Assembly: GCA_021737565.1 (NCBI GenBank) | Contig: JAIPDS010000004.1 | Coordinates: 1,205-65,204, forward strand | Length of the DNA: 64,000 nucleotides | Source of the DNA: Desulfobacteraceae bacterium | GTDB taxonomy: Bacteria > Desulfobacterota > Desulfobacteria > Desulfobacterales > Desulfosalsimonadaceae | Direction: 5' to 3' | In this document: one piece after another, positions 28,885 through 39,077 of the stretch | Position numbering within the stretch: position 1 is the first letter of the stretch | Layout: every line of letters starts with the position of its first letter | Position numbers and translations under genes: made by a program | Notes under the pieces: model-generated | Databases searched by the model: none | What the model saw: the letters and a program-made list of their open reading frames with translations, nothing else | What the model was told of the DNA's origin: nothing

Positions 28885-30662
28885 GGCCTGATCTCCCTGT
28901 TGCCAAGAGATTCCATCTTTTCTGACAGCCCCGCCCTGCCTTCTTCCCCCTCGGCATTCTCCCTGGCCTTTCGGTAATATTGCAGGGCCTTTTCTCTGTT
29001 ATCCAGCTTCAGGTATACATCTCCCATGTGCTCTAAGATCACGGGATCGCCGGGAACCCTTTCAAGCGCTTTTTCAATAAAACTGCGGGCCTTCTCATAA
29101 TCGCCTTTCCTGTAATACACCCATCCCATGCTGTCTAAAATGTAACCGTTTTCAGGCTCTATATCAAGCGCACGGCGAATAAGGGCTTCGGCCTCATCCA
29201 GCCTGATATTGTTGTCCGCATAGGTGTATCCCATGTAATTTAAGGCATCGGCGTTTTGCGGATCCATTTCTATAACAAACCGCATCTTGTCAAGAGCGGC
29301 CTCAGTATCGCCCATTTTATCATAGAGTACGCCCATCTCATAGTGCAGTTCAACGTTTTCCGGCTCCATTGATATGCCTTTTGACAAAACCCCCTCGGCC
29401 TTTTCGTAATCTCCCTGCTCCTGGTAAAAGGAACTCAAATAGGGAATCAACTCCACCTGAGCCTTTTCATCAACTTCCTGCATGGCTGCTTCAAGCACAC
29501 TTAACGCTTCGGCTGTTTTGCCCTGCCTGTTTAAGACAATTGCCCGGTAAATAACGGCATCCTGGTACAGCCCGTCTGCCGGCCCTATTGCCCTGAAATG
29601 CTCCAGGGCGGCATCAAACTGGTTCATCATGTAGCGGGCGGCGCCCGCAAAATAATTCAGCTCAGAACTGCCGGGTGAACGCTTCAGCATTTCCGACAAA
29701 ACTGTAATTGCATCCTTGTGGCGATCCCTGGAAAGAAGCTGCCGGATAACCTCGAGCACCGCACCCCGGTTAGAAGACATCCGTCCGGCAAGACGCGACC
29801 ACAGGTCCTTTGCCTTCTCCTGCTCGCCGAACTTCTCGTAGAGAAGACAAAGCTCGACAGCAGCCCCCGCATTATCGGGATGCCTTTCAAGCACCTTTTC
29901 ATACTGTTGGGCAGCCTTTTCCTCCATGCCCTGCCCGGTATAGATCTCGATGAGCCCTATACGCGACTCAAGCAACCCGGGGGATATCTCCAGGCTTTTC
30001 TCATAAGCCGCGGCCGCTTCATCAAGCTTTCCCAGCCCTGCGCAGGCTTCACCCAGAAAATAGTAACCTGTATGATTTTCCGGAAATCGCTTGACAAAAG
30101 TCCTCATCAGCCCCGCTGCCTTTTTGTAGTCTTTGTTCCGCAGATACAGGCGGGCCAGCGCCAGATAAATATCCTTGCGGCCGGGATCCTGTGCAAGCAC
30201 TTTTTTGTAAGTCTGCGCGGCTTTGTTTAATTGCCCGGCCGCGTGGCGTATGGAAGCTGCAAGTATAAGTGTTTCAACGTCATCGGGTTGCCGGGCAATC
30301 AGGTTTTCAGCCATTGCCAGGGCATCTTCTTTCCGGTCGAGCTCAAGATAAAGTTGTGCAAGCTCCCTTTTTAACACCGGCTCATCAGGAGCCCGCTTGA
30401 CCGCCTTTTCCAGCATGCGGGCTGCCTGCTCTTTTCTGCCGGTCTTTGCTTCAAGCCTGGAAAGGATAAAATAGTAATAATGGTTGGCCGCAGGTCCGGA
30501 GTGAATCTGTTGTGCAACCCCGGTGGATCGGGACTCGGGGGCATCGCCCTGCACCCGGTCTTTTTTATCGAAAGAGGCCTGGGACCAGTTTAGCGAAGCA
30601 CATCCGTTTATGCACAACAGGGCGGCAAGCAACACCGCCTGAAAGCTCCTGTTTAAATTCAT
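28881..30662 (-). CDS. TPR-repeat lipoprotein
   Basis: Lipobox INGC; many TPRs; 'ALNYMGYTYAD...YILDSMGWVYY...EHMGD'. Confidence 0.9.
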   Translation of the reverse strand: MNLNRSFQAVLLAALLCINGCASLNWSQASFDKKDRVQGDAPESRSTGVAQQIHSGPAANHYYYFILSRLEAKTGRKEQAARMLEKAVKRAPDEPVLKRELAQLYLELDRKEDALAMAENLIARQPDDVETLILAASIRHAAGQLNKAAQTYKKVLAQDPGRKDIYLALARLYLRNKDYKKAAGLMRTFVKRFPENHTGYYFLGEACAGLGKLDEAAAAYEKSLEISPGLLESRIGLIEIYTGQGMEEKAAQQYEKVLERHPDNAGAAVELCLLYEKFGEQEKAKDLWSRLAGRMSSNRGAVLEVIRQLLSRDRHKDAITVLSEMLKRSPGSSELNYFAGAARYMMNQFDAALEHFRAIGPADGLYQDAVIYRAIVLNRQGKTAEALSVLEAAMQEVDEKAQVELIPYLSSFYQEQGDYEKAEGVLSKGISMEPENVELHYEMGVLYDKMGDTEAALDKMRFVIEMDPQNADALNYMGYTYADNNIRLDEAEALIRRALDIEPENGYILDSMGWVYYRKGDYEKARSFIEKALERVPGDPVILEHMGDVYLKLDNREKALQYYRKARENAEGEEGRAGLSEKMESLGNREIRP

Positions 30663-31685
30663 TTAATACTGTCCGTTTTCTTCCGGATAGTCGTATGAAG
30701 AAAAATCCGGGATCTCTTTTTCAAAAAATGCTCTCATCTTTTTGACAATATTTTTCTCAAGCTGCCTTACCCTCTCTCTTGATATCTGGTATTTATCCCC
30801 TATTTCCTGAAGGGTAACCGGCGTCTCAGTAAAAATGCGGTTCTCAAAAATATCAAGCTCGCGGCCGGAAAGCTGCTTTTTAAATTGCCCCACTTTTTCC
30901 CGCAGCAGGGATTCCACCTCCTTGCGGGCCACCTGACTTTCAACAGATTCCACACCCGAGCTGAAAAAATCACCCCGCTCCGTGTCAGAATCGTCCTTTA
31001 AAGGCTCGTCCAAAGAAACATCCCACCCATCGAGCCTTTGGTCCATGTCCCGGACCTCATGCTCGGAAACCCCCATCCGGCTTGAAAGCAGCCTGGTTTC
31101 AGGCATAAACCCCTGCTCAACGAGTTTCTGCTTTTCCTTTTTGAGCTTGAAAAACAGCTTGCGCTGCCCCTGGGTCGTGCCTATTTTTACCAGGCGCCAG
31201 TTGTCCATGATGAATTTCAGGATATAGGCCTTGATCCAGAAGGCGGCATAATAGGAAAACTTGACTTTTTTGTAGGGATCGAACTTCTGAACCGCGTGCA
31301 TCAGGCCTATATTGCCCTCCTGGATCAGATCCATAAGATTCTGCATCCAGGTCCGCTGGAATTCCATGGCGATCTTTACCACCAGGCGAAGATTGGATGT
31401 GGCAAGAATGTATGCCGCATCCGGGTCCCCCTCCTGGACCCGCCGGCCGAGTTCTATTTCCTGTTCCCGGGTTAAGAGGGGATATCTGCTTATTTCAGAT
31501 AAATACCGCTGAAGCGGATCATAGGGGACCAGGCTGCCTTCTTCTGCCGTATCCGCCGGAACGGCCACCGCCTGCTTCAGCTTTTTTGCGGTATTGGTTT
31601 TACCTTTATCTGCTGTGCCGATATCCGGTTCCACGTCTTCATCAACATCTATGTCCCCGCTGTATTCGTTCTCATTGCCTGTCAT
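30663..31685 (-). CDS. rpoH: RNA polymerase sigma factor, sigma-32 (RpoH)-like
   Basis: DLIQEGNIGL, RpoH-box-like QRKLFFKL, SRERVRQLE. Confidence 0.85.
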   Translation of the reverse strand: MTGNENEYSGDIDVDEDVEPDIGTADKGKTNTAKKLKQAVAVPADTAEEGSLVPYDPLQRYLSEISRYPLLTREQEIELGRRVQEGDPDAAYILATSNLRLVVKIAMEFQRTWMQNLMDLIQEGNIGLMHAVQKFDPYKKVKFSYYAAFWIKAYILKFIMDNWRLVKIGTTQGQRKLFFKLKKEKQKLVEQGFMPETRLLSSRMGVSEHEVRDMDQRLDGWDVSLDEPLKDDSDTERGDFFSSGVESVESQVARKEVESLLREKVGQFKKQLSGRELDIFENRIFTETPVTLQEIGDKYQISRERVRQLEKNIVKKMRAFFEKEIPDFSSYDYPEENGQY

Positions 31686-31915
31686 GAAATATTTTCACCA
31701 TCCTTGTTTTTTGGTATTCTTTGAATAAGAAATAAATGGTACTAATTAAACTAAATCATTTTTCCATGCATCTCAAGTTCATTTGGCAACATAAAATTAA
31801 CTTGTTTGTTATTGAAAAGTTTATGTTTTTAATTTATAATTAATAGTTTCTTAAGAATAGCTTAAAAACACGGGCTTAGGGAAAACTTTTATAAATAGCA
31901 GCCGGAGGCACTATA

Positions 31916-32629
31916 TTGTTTGAAAGGGTCAAAACAAAGAAAAAAAGCCATATAGCCGCGGAAAAACTTATAGAGGTTATCAAAAATGAAGGCTTGAAGC
32001 CTGGTGAAAAACTGCCGCCTGAACGTATTATTGCTGAAGAGATGGGTTTAAGCCGAAACACGATCCGCGAGGCTATCGCCGCCCTGCAGGTAATCGGCAT
32101 TTTGGAGACCCGTCATAGCCAGGGCAATTTCATCATCAACCCGGTTAACCAGAATAATTTTGAAACCCTGATCGCCCTGGTTTTTAAAAATGATGAGGAC
32201 CCCTTTTCCCTGATTGATGCACGCATCGCCTTTGAACCGGGAGCCGCCGCCCTGTCCATTCAGATATGCACAGATAAGGATATTAAGGAACTGGAAAACC
32301 ACTTTGAAAGGATTCGTCAGGCGCTAATCGAAGATGATATAGATACCTATCGCTCCGAAGACCAGTTGCTGCATTTAGCCATTGCTCAAAGTACCCGAAA
32401 CATGCATATTATAAATACAATCTCCTCTTTGGTGCATGCAATGAATCAGCCTCTTTTCCGAAGCATGAAAAAATCTCTTCCGGACATCAAATTGAGAGAT
32501 TCACGCATAAAAGAGCATGAAAACATAATTTCTGCCATAAAAAGCCGAAAGGAAGACCAGGCATTTGATACCTTAAAATCACATCTTATACGATCCAGGG
32601 AACGGCTTTTAATCAATGGAAGCGTTTAA
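31916..32629 (+). CDS. FadR/GntR family transcriptional regulator
   Basis: KLPPER...GLSRNTIREA; FCD domain; GGAGG RBS before TTG. Confidence 0.92.
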   Translation: MFERVKTKKKSHIAAEKLIEVIKNEGLKPGEKLPPERIIAEEMGLSRNTIREAIAALQVIGILETRHSQGNFIINPVNQNNFETLIALVFKNDEDPFSLIDARIAFEPGAAALSIQICTDKDIKELENHFERIRQALIEDDIDTYRSEDQLLHLAIAQSTRNMHIINTISSLVHAMNQPLFRSMKKSLPDIKLRDSRIKEHENIISAIKSRKEDQAFDTLKSHLIRSRERLLINGSV

Positions 32630-32699
32630 CACTGACAGGTCCGCCAATTTTATATGGACAAAAAACAGACTTGATGATAAATGGCTTTTTTTTGCTTGC

Positions 32700-32776
<77 letters not shown>

Positions 32777-32789
32777 ATAAAATCAATGA

Positions 32790-33995
32790 CTATGTATTGA
32801 TCAGTTTCTTTTCCCAGCTCAAGTAACGCTCCATGGCTTCACGCCCGCGTTCATACGGCTTTGGATAAACATCTTCCGGCTCTCTTTCTATTCCTTTTAA
32901 TCCGGTTTCGAGCTCTAATCCATAACCTGTCCATGCGCCAATACCGCCGGATAATACATGCACGTTGGGAAAGCCCATTTGCCTGTACCAATAGGCGGTA
33001 ATCATCGCCCGGGCAAAATTGTTGGAAACAAAAACGATATCACCCTGCCATACCGCGACAAAATCATCAGCACGTTGGACGGCCTGCCCCCCGGGAAGAG
33101 CCACAGATGCAGGGATATGGCCTGCTTCATATTCATCTCTAGCGCGTACATCGAACAAATAAAGTATATTTCCCTGGGGGTTTTGCTGCAAACTCTGTAA
33201 CTCAGTAACCGAAATGAAAGAGATCTCATTTTCCTTATATAGCCTTAAGGCAAAAAGTTCGGCTGCCTTTCTTGCTTTTTGGGACGGCCGGGGCCCCTGA
33301 GAAATCCCTTTTTCTAATTCAAAACCGGCCAAAAGCCAGCCCATGATGCCGTCTTCTAAATCATAGACCTGCTTTACTCCCATTTTTATCAAGGTCTGCG
33401 CTGAAATTATACCTCTTGTGCGCCCCGCACATGTAACAATTATTTTATCATATTTATCGATATAATCGGATATCCTGCCGACCAAATCAAATCCCTGGAT
33501 ATTTACAGAACCCGGAATACTGCCTGAGCGACGAACTTCGCCCGGCGGTCGGACCTCGATTACTATTAACCTCTCATTTCTGTTAAGCCTCTTTTTTAAC
33601 TCTTCGGCTGGGATTTGCGGCACTTTTTCATTGACTGCCACTTTTTCACCAAACGCTTTACACGGACGATTTACTCCTTCAACCAGGGAATTGCCGTTTT
33701 CCAGCCAGGCATTAACACCCCCTTCCAGGTAAAAAACATTGGTATACCCGAGTTCTTCCAATGTACGGGCTGCTAACAAGGCCCTGCTACCGTCATCGTC
33801 ATACAAAACAATTTGAATATCTTTATTGGGAACCTTTTGAAGTATGCTAAACTCCAACTGATGGCGTGGAATGTTTGTTGCGCCGATTATCTGGCCGCGT
33901 GCGAACTCAGACTTTTCCCTTACATCAATAAGAGCGCAGATCCTCTGTTTCCTGTCAATATGTTTTAAAGAATCGACCGATATTTTACTTGTCAT
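32790..33995 (-). CDS. Multi-domain rhodanese-like sulfurtransferase
   Basis: Three rhodanese repeats (D/EVR...LxGG..W); active-site-like CAGRTR in the second. Confidence 0.88.
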   Translation of the reverse strand: MTSKISVDSLKHIDRKQRICALIDVREKSEFARGQIIGATNIPRHQLEFSILQKVPNKDIQIVLYDDDGSRALLAARTLEELGYTNVFYLEGGVNAWLENGNSLVEGVNRPCKAFGEKVAVNEKVPQIPAEELKKRLNRNERLIVIEVRPPGEVRRSGSIPGSVNIQGFDLVGRISDYIDKYDKIIVTCAGRTRGIISAQTLIKMGVKQVYDLEDGIMGWLLAGFELEKGISQGPRPSQKARKAAELFALRLYKENEISFISVTELQSLQQNPQGNILYLFDVRARDEYEAGHIPASVALPGGQAVQRADDFVAVWQGDIVFVSNNFARAMITAYWYRQMGFPNVHVLSGGIGAWTGYGLELETGLKGIEREPEDVYPKPYERGREAMERYLSWEKKLINT

Positions 33996-34054
33996 TTTAT
34001 GACTCCTGTCCGGAAAAAATTGTTTTCAAATCTGTTGCGGCCTTATGAATTCTA

Positions 34055-35395
34055 TCATGTGGTTTCTTCCAGGTGGGCGAAAAGGCGATGCGGGGACTTT
34101 AAATGACCATATAGACATAAACTTAGAAATCCCGCTTCAGCAGCAAAGGAGCCGCCAAAGGCCAGAACCCCGATTACCGTGCCATTTGCCTGGGGTAAAA
34201 AAAAGGCGACACTGCCAACCAAAGCCAACATTATAAGACGAATTAAAGCGCTTATTGCAATAGCACCGGTGCGGCGCATCGCCGAAAGCACTCCCCGAAG
34301 CAATGCCGCATATCCCCAAAAAATTGCCACCAAAAATATCAACTTCGAACCCGGAATGACATAAAGGTTAAGTTCACCCTTCAAACCCATAACAGTTTCG
34401 AGGACAAACCCTCGCACCGGGGTAAAAAACAGGATCAACACGAGAGAGACAAAAAAGGCAATAGTATAGAAACCATATTTAAACATTATTTTTATATCGC
34501 GGAAAGAAGTAATCAAGGCCTGAGCCGCATGAATCAAGTTACGCTCCGGAGCCAGGATAGCCCTTATGAGGGCATATATAATGCCGAATCCAGCCAAGGC
34601 CAAATCAGGATCTGCCAGGCGCCCCAGAAAAAAAGTCAGGATCAACACGACACCGTTTTCAGAGCTTTGCATAAACATCAACGGCCAGGAAAATCTCCAG
34701 ATTTCCCGGTAGGAGGGGAGGTATTTTGCGACCTGAGACAGGCCGGTCAAATAAGGCCTGCCGACAAATAACATATAGGCAGCCTCAACCGTCATAGCCA
34801 GTACCATCCCGGCTGCGCCCACGGCAGCCCCTTCCAGCCACATTGGCAAAACCATAAGAAACAAGGCCAAACTTGCTATCCGGAGAGTCGTGGCCACTGT
34901 AATGGGGGTGGTACGATGGTGCACCATAAGGAGGCCGTACATAAGACTGCGGGTGAAAACGGGAAAAAACCAGAAGCCCATAATCGCAAGAGCCCACTTG
35001 GCTTGCAGGACTACCGGCGCACTCGCCCCCATCAATTTACCGAAAACTGCATCGCCCAAAGGAGTCAGCGCAACAGACTCGATAGTTATAAACAGGAGGA
35101 TACCGATACCCCCGAAAAATCGGCATAATTGCCAGAAGGAAGGTTTGTCCTTAGTAAATGAAATACCCCCCTGAAGTACTACCAAATTAAGGCCCGTTAG
35201 GGTGGTATTGACGGCAAAAGCTATGCTGAAAGCAGCCAGTGTTTCTTTGGGATCGGTCAGGCGAGCCAAAAAGGCCTGTACAATTGAATGGCTAATTTGA
35301 TGCAGCTCGGTCATGAAAATCAGCGGCAAAAAAAAAGCCAAAAATATTTTTATGTTCAGGGAGTTATTGATTGATGATCGGTCCATAAATGCCAC
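34055..35395 (-). CDS. MATE/MOP-superfamily membrane protein
   Basis: About 12 TM helices with internal duplication (FFLPL / FSWPL, LAAFSI / LAGFGI). Confidence 0.75.
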   Translation of the reverse strand: MAFMDRSSINNSLNIKIFLAFFLPLIFMTELHQISHSIVQAFLARLTDPKETLAAFSIAFAVNTTLTGLNLVVLQGGISFTKDKPSFWQLCRFFGGIGILLFITIESVALTPLGDAVFGKLMGASAPVVLQAKWALAIMGFWFFPVFTRSLMYGLLMVHHRTTPITVATTLRIASLALFLMVLPMWLEGAAVGAAGMVLAMTVEAAYMLFVGRPYLTGLSQVAKYLPSYREIWRFSWPLMFMQSSENGVVLILTFFLGRLADPDLALAGFGIIYALIRAILAPERNLIHAAQALITSFRDIKIMFKYGFYTIAFFVSLVLILFFTPVRGFVLETVMGLKGELNLYVIPGSKLIFLVAIFWGYAALLRGVLSAMRRTGAIAISALIRLIMLALVGSVAFFLPQANGTVIGVLAFGGSFAAEAGFLSLCLYGHLKSPHRLFAHLEETT

Positions 35396-35429
35396 TATGA
35401 ATAAAGAAAAGGCCGAGCAGGGCTTTCTG

Positions 35430-36563
35430 CTAACTTTCGATTTGGTTTTCGTTTATGTAGTCTTCATTCAATCGTATACCGATCCCCGCTGCTTCGGGAA
35501 CGCGCAGCATCCCCCGGTCATCCGTCATCACCGGCTCCAGATCGTATTTCCATCTTTTTTCTTCAAGAGGCAGGAAGACTTCGGCCATCAGACCGTTGGG
35601 AACGCCGGCTACGCAATGAATGGATGCTTTATCTCCTTTATGAGTGGCAACGGGGATGCGAAAAGCTTCTGCCAGGGCCGCGATCTTCTTCCATTCGCTT
35701 ATACCTCCGCACATGGCTGTTACATCTGCGATGACGATATCCGAGCATCCATTGACTATCAGGTCTTTAAAGCCCCACAATGTTTGCTCCTGTTCGCCGG
35801 TGGCCACTGCGGTATCGATCCTTTCGGTTATCTTTTTGAGGCCGGCAATATCATCCATGATCAAAGGATCTTCAAACCAGTAAACGTCATATTTTTCCAG
35901 CGCTTTCATAAACTTTAGGGCATGGGGAACGCCTTCTTTGTAAGTGGAGGTGATGTTTAGATCGATCATTAATTTTATATCAGGACCGATAAGAGATCTA
36001 ACTTCCCTTACACGCTCACAATCTGCCTCGATGTCACGGCCGACCCTCATCTTCACCGCTTTGAAGCCCATGTCCAGATATTGCGACATTTCCGATTTGA
36101 GCAGCTCAAGCTCTTTTTCCCGCGATTCGAGATTTTTGTAATGCCCCCCGCTTGCGTAGCATGGAACTTCTTTTCGGCATCCGCCCAGCAGTCGATATAA
36201 CGGAACATCAAGCTTCTTGCCGACGATATCCCACAAGGCGGCATCGATCGCGCTCATCGCCTTTATAATTTCCCCTTTTGCAACAGGGTTTCGCCAGCCC
36301 ATTTTATAACCAAACATCTTGCCCCATATTTTCTGTGTATCCAGGGGGTTTTCGCCTAATAGCAAAAATTTCATATGGTTTATGATTTTTTGGGAAACTT
36401 CGTTGAGATAATCCGAACAAAGGGTCCCAGTTATCCCATCATTTGTAAATATTTCAATCACATATGTTTTAAAAGCCCCTCTGAGCTTCTGCTCGGTCGC
36501 ATTTGCAAATGGATACTTGTACTCATCTTTCACCGTCCTGACTCTAAGGTCTGTAATTTCCAT
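35430..36563 (-). CDS. Mandelate racemase-subgroup enolase-superfamily enzyme
   Basis: IDAALWDI, KMR, D/E/E ligands (DLN, EDP, GEQ), late His. Confidence 0.88.
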   Translation of the reverse strand: MEITDLRVRTVKDEYKYPFANATEQKLRGAFKTYVIEIFTNDGITGTLCSDYLNEVSQKIINHMKFLLLGENPLDTQKIWGKMFGYKMGWRNPVAKGEIIKAMSAIDAALWDIVGKKLDVPLYRLLGGCRKEVPCYASGGHYKNLESREKELELLKSEMSQYLDMGFKAVKMRVGRDIEADCERVREVRSLIGPDIKLMIDLNITSTYKEGVPHALKFMKALEKYDVYWFEDPLIMDDIAGLKKITERIDTAVATGEQEQTLWGFKDLIVNGCSDIVIADVTAMCGGISEWKKIAALAEAFRIPVATHKGDKASIHCVAGVPNGLMAEVFLPLEEKRWKYDLEPVMTDDRGMLRVPEAAGIGIRLNEDYINENQIES

Positions 36564-36653
36564 ATTACATTTCTCCTTTTGAATTTGAACGCCGGCAGGT
36601 TAAGCACGGTTGCCGGAAAGACACAAAAGCTTAAATGCGCTTCCATGGCTGCC

Positions 36654-36683
36654 TAAGGCTCGGCCCCCGCAGGCCGAGCCTTA
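36654..36683. other. Perfect 12-bp intergenic hairpin
   Basis: taaggctcggcc-cccgca-ggccgagcctta; no clear U-tract. Confidence 0.65.
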
Positions 36684-36745
36684 CATATTATCCCAAATCC
36701 GGGATCAGCAGATGCTGCACAAGTTCCATTCATAATTACTGCTTT

Positions 36746-37711
36746 TTAATAAGAAAACAGTAACTTGCCATTATCAATAAGCTGCTGGTCGTCAATCCAT
36801 AGACTGGGAGATCCCATGATCCCATCAATATGGGTTGCGCTTGGAGAATGCCCTCCTAAAGTCATGTTATCACCCAAAGCAATATGGATTGACCCCAGCC
36901 TTTTCTTGTCTTCGGAAACATTATGGGATATTCTGGCTGCAGGATTCGTACCTATAGCAAATTCTCCAAGATTGAAGGAATTTTTATCTCCTCTTTTTTC
37001 CAATATCGCCATCAATGTTGAAGCTGCCTCTCCGCCTTCGATCTTTGTTGCAAACCCATCTTTTACGGTAATTGTAACCGGCTCATTAACTCTGCCGATT
37101 TGATGGATTGAGGAATCAATTACCAATGTGCCATTGGCAGTACCTTCCACAGGGGCAGTCGGAGCTTCGCCATCCGGAAAACAAGCAATAGAACCGGGCT
37201 TAAACACGCCTGCCAGTTCAAAGCCTTTTCTGCCTTCTATGCTGAAGGTAAGATCTGTTCCGAATTTACTTTTTATATGAACCTTAGAGCCATCTGTAAT
37301 AGCCTTTGCCGCTGCAGCGGTAATCTTTCCTACCTCATCGTAATCTGCGGCTCCGGCGCCATCGATTAAGGTATCAATTGTAATATCCGGCATGCCGATA
37401 TACTTTTTGCCTTGCTTCAATGCATTGCGCACACAATCCGTATGCGCCATTCCGGTTGATGTGGCAAATAACATCAACTGAGAGCCCAAAACCGCCTGGG
37501 TCATCACATCGGAAGGTTCCATACCATGTACGGGTCTGGCGACCATGGTAACAATTGTTGCTTCCAAATCCATTTCATGTGCAGCCGCTGCAAGAGCTTC
37601 GGCCACTTCCGGCTCCCTCCGGGTATCGGTTAATATAGCCACCTCCCGGACCCCTTCCTTATTAAGTTCAACAGGAATTCTGGCGAATTTCATTAGTTCA
37701 ACCATTTTCAT
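36746..37711 (-). CDS. Peptidase M29/NicX-like metalloenzyme
   Basis: PDGE..TAP, GEFAIGTN, HIALG, HIDG motifs. Confidence 0.78.
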   Translation of the reverse strand: MKMVELMKFARIPVELNKEGVREVAILTDTRREPEVAEALAAAAHEMDLEATIVTMVARPVHGMEPSDVMTQAVLGSQLMLFATSTGMAHTDCVRNALKQGKKYIGMPDITIDTLIDGAGAADYDEVGKITAAAAKAITDGSKVHIKSKFGTDLTFSIEGRKGFELAGVFKPGSIACFPDGEAPTAPVEGTANGTLVIDSSIHQIGRVNEPVTITVKDGFATKIEGGEAASTLMAILEKRGDKNSFNLGEFAIGTNPAARISHNVSEDKKRLGSIHIALGDNMTLGGHSPSATHIDGIMGSPSLWIDDQQLIDNGKLLFSY

Positions 37712-37773
37712 AACTCATGTTCTCCTTTTTGATTATCTCACTCGACATTAAAGAAAGATTTATTTGAGACAAA

Positions 37774-38937
37774 CTAGAATCCCAGATGCTTCCTCTCATC
37801 TTCGGGAGATGGGAGTGTTCTGACAGGGAATTGTTTATACGGGTACTTTTTAACCGCCTCCTCGTCAATATCAATTCCCAGACCCGGGTCGGTCGGAAGA
37901 TCAATATATCCATTAACCGGCTTAAGCTGATTTCTGCAAATTTTATCCCCCATTTCAACAAAAGGAATAAAATATTCGGTTATAACAAAATTAGGCATGC
38001 ACGCAGCAGCGTGTACAGTGGCGTTAAGAGCCAGCAAGGTTGAATTGTAATTATGAGGCGACATTGCAATAAAATATGGCTCTGCCATGGCGGCAATTTC
38101 CAGCAATTCCAGTATACCGCCGGTATTTGCAACATCAGCGTTCAGGATGTCTGCTGCCCGATGGTCAAATACCGGCCGGAAGCCGGCTTTTGTTAAAATG
38201 TTTTCCCCTGTCACAATCGGAATAATCGTATTTCTTCGCACTTCTGCGATTGCCTCAATGTGCTCTGCCTGACAAGGCTCTTCAAAGTAATAAGGTTCGA
38301 ACTCCTCCATGCGCTTTGCCAACTCAATGGCGTGCATGGGAGCTAATCGACGATGGACCTCTATTAATAAATCTATATCCGGGCCAACCGCCTTTCTAAT
38401 GGCCCTCACGACTTTTTCGGCGTGGCGGAGGTGCTCCCGGGGAATAAATGTCCGCCAGGGTCTGGGCAGAGGATCAAATTTCATGGCTGTAAACCCCTGC
38501 TCAACAACTTTCTGAGCCGCTGCAGCGAACTCATCTGGGTCCTCCATCTTATAACTCCATCCATTTGCATAGACACGAATTTTGTCCCGGCACGGACCGC
38601 CCAGCAGATTGTAGACAGGCTGTCCGGCGGCTTTGCCGGCAATATCCCACATGGCGGCTTCAAGAGCGGACAGGGCACTGTAAAATTCAAGAGATCCTCG
38701 CCGCTGAGCAAAATCATCGAAAATTATATGTTTGAAATGCCTGATTTGAAGCGGATCCCGCCCTATAAGATAACGAGCCATTTCCTCGATATGGGTCCTC
38801 ACAGCCCTGTCACGATCGTATTGAGTATATGCCTCGCCCCATCCTGTTATGCCGTCTTTGGTTTCAATTTTTGCAAAGACCCAGTTCTTACGCCATCCCG
38901 GATGAACTGTGTATGCTTTTACATCAGAAATTTCCAT
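37774..38937 (-). CDS. Galactonate dehydratase-like enolase-superfamily enzyme
   Basis: WDIAGK, YANGW, KFD, EEP, GE, PHN motifs. Confidence 0.88.
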   Translation of the reverse strand: MEISDVKAYTVHPGWRKNWVFAKIETKDGITGWGEAYTQYDRDRAVRTHIEEMARYLIGRDPLQIRHFKHIIFDDFAQRRGSLEFYSALSALEAAMWDIAGKAAGQPVYNLLGGPCRDKIRVYANGWSYKMEDPDEFAAAAQKVVEQGFTAMKFDPLPRPWRTFIPREHLRHAEKVVRAIRKAVGPDIDLLIEVHRRLAPMHAIELAKRMEEFEPYYFEEPCQAEHIEAIAEVRRNTIIPIVTGENILTKAGFRPVFDHRAADILNADVANTGGILELLEIAAMAEPYFIAMSPHNYNSTLLALNATVHAAACMPNFVITEYFIPFVEMGDKICRNQLKPVNGYIDLPTDPGLGIDIDEEAVKKYPYKQFPVRTLPSPEDERKHLGF

Positions 38938-39077
38938 TTTTTAAATACCTCCTTTTGAAAAATTTTGGATTATTCGCGCCTTCCTGAATCCGTTACCTGA
39001 TCTGCATCAAGAGTTTTGAATGAATCTCATTCCATGGATGAACACCTTTAATAACGAACGGAATGTTTTCACGAAAA

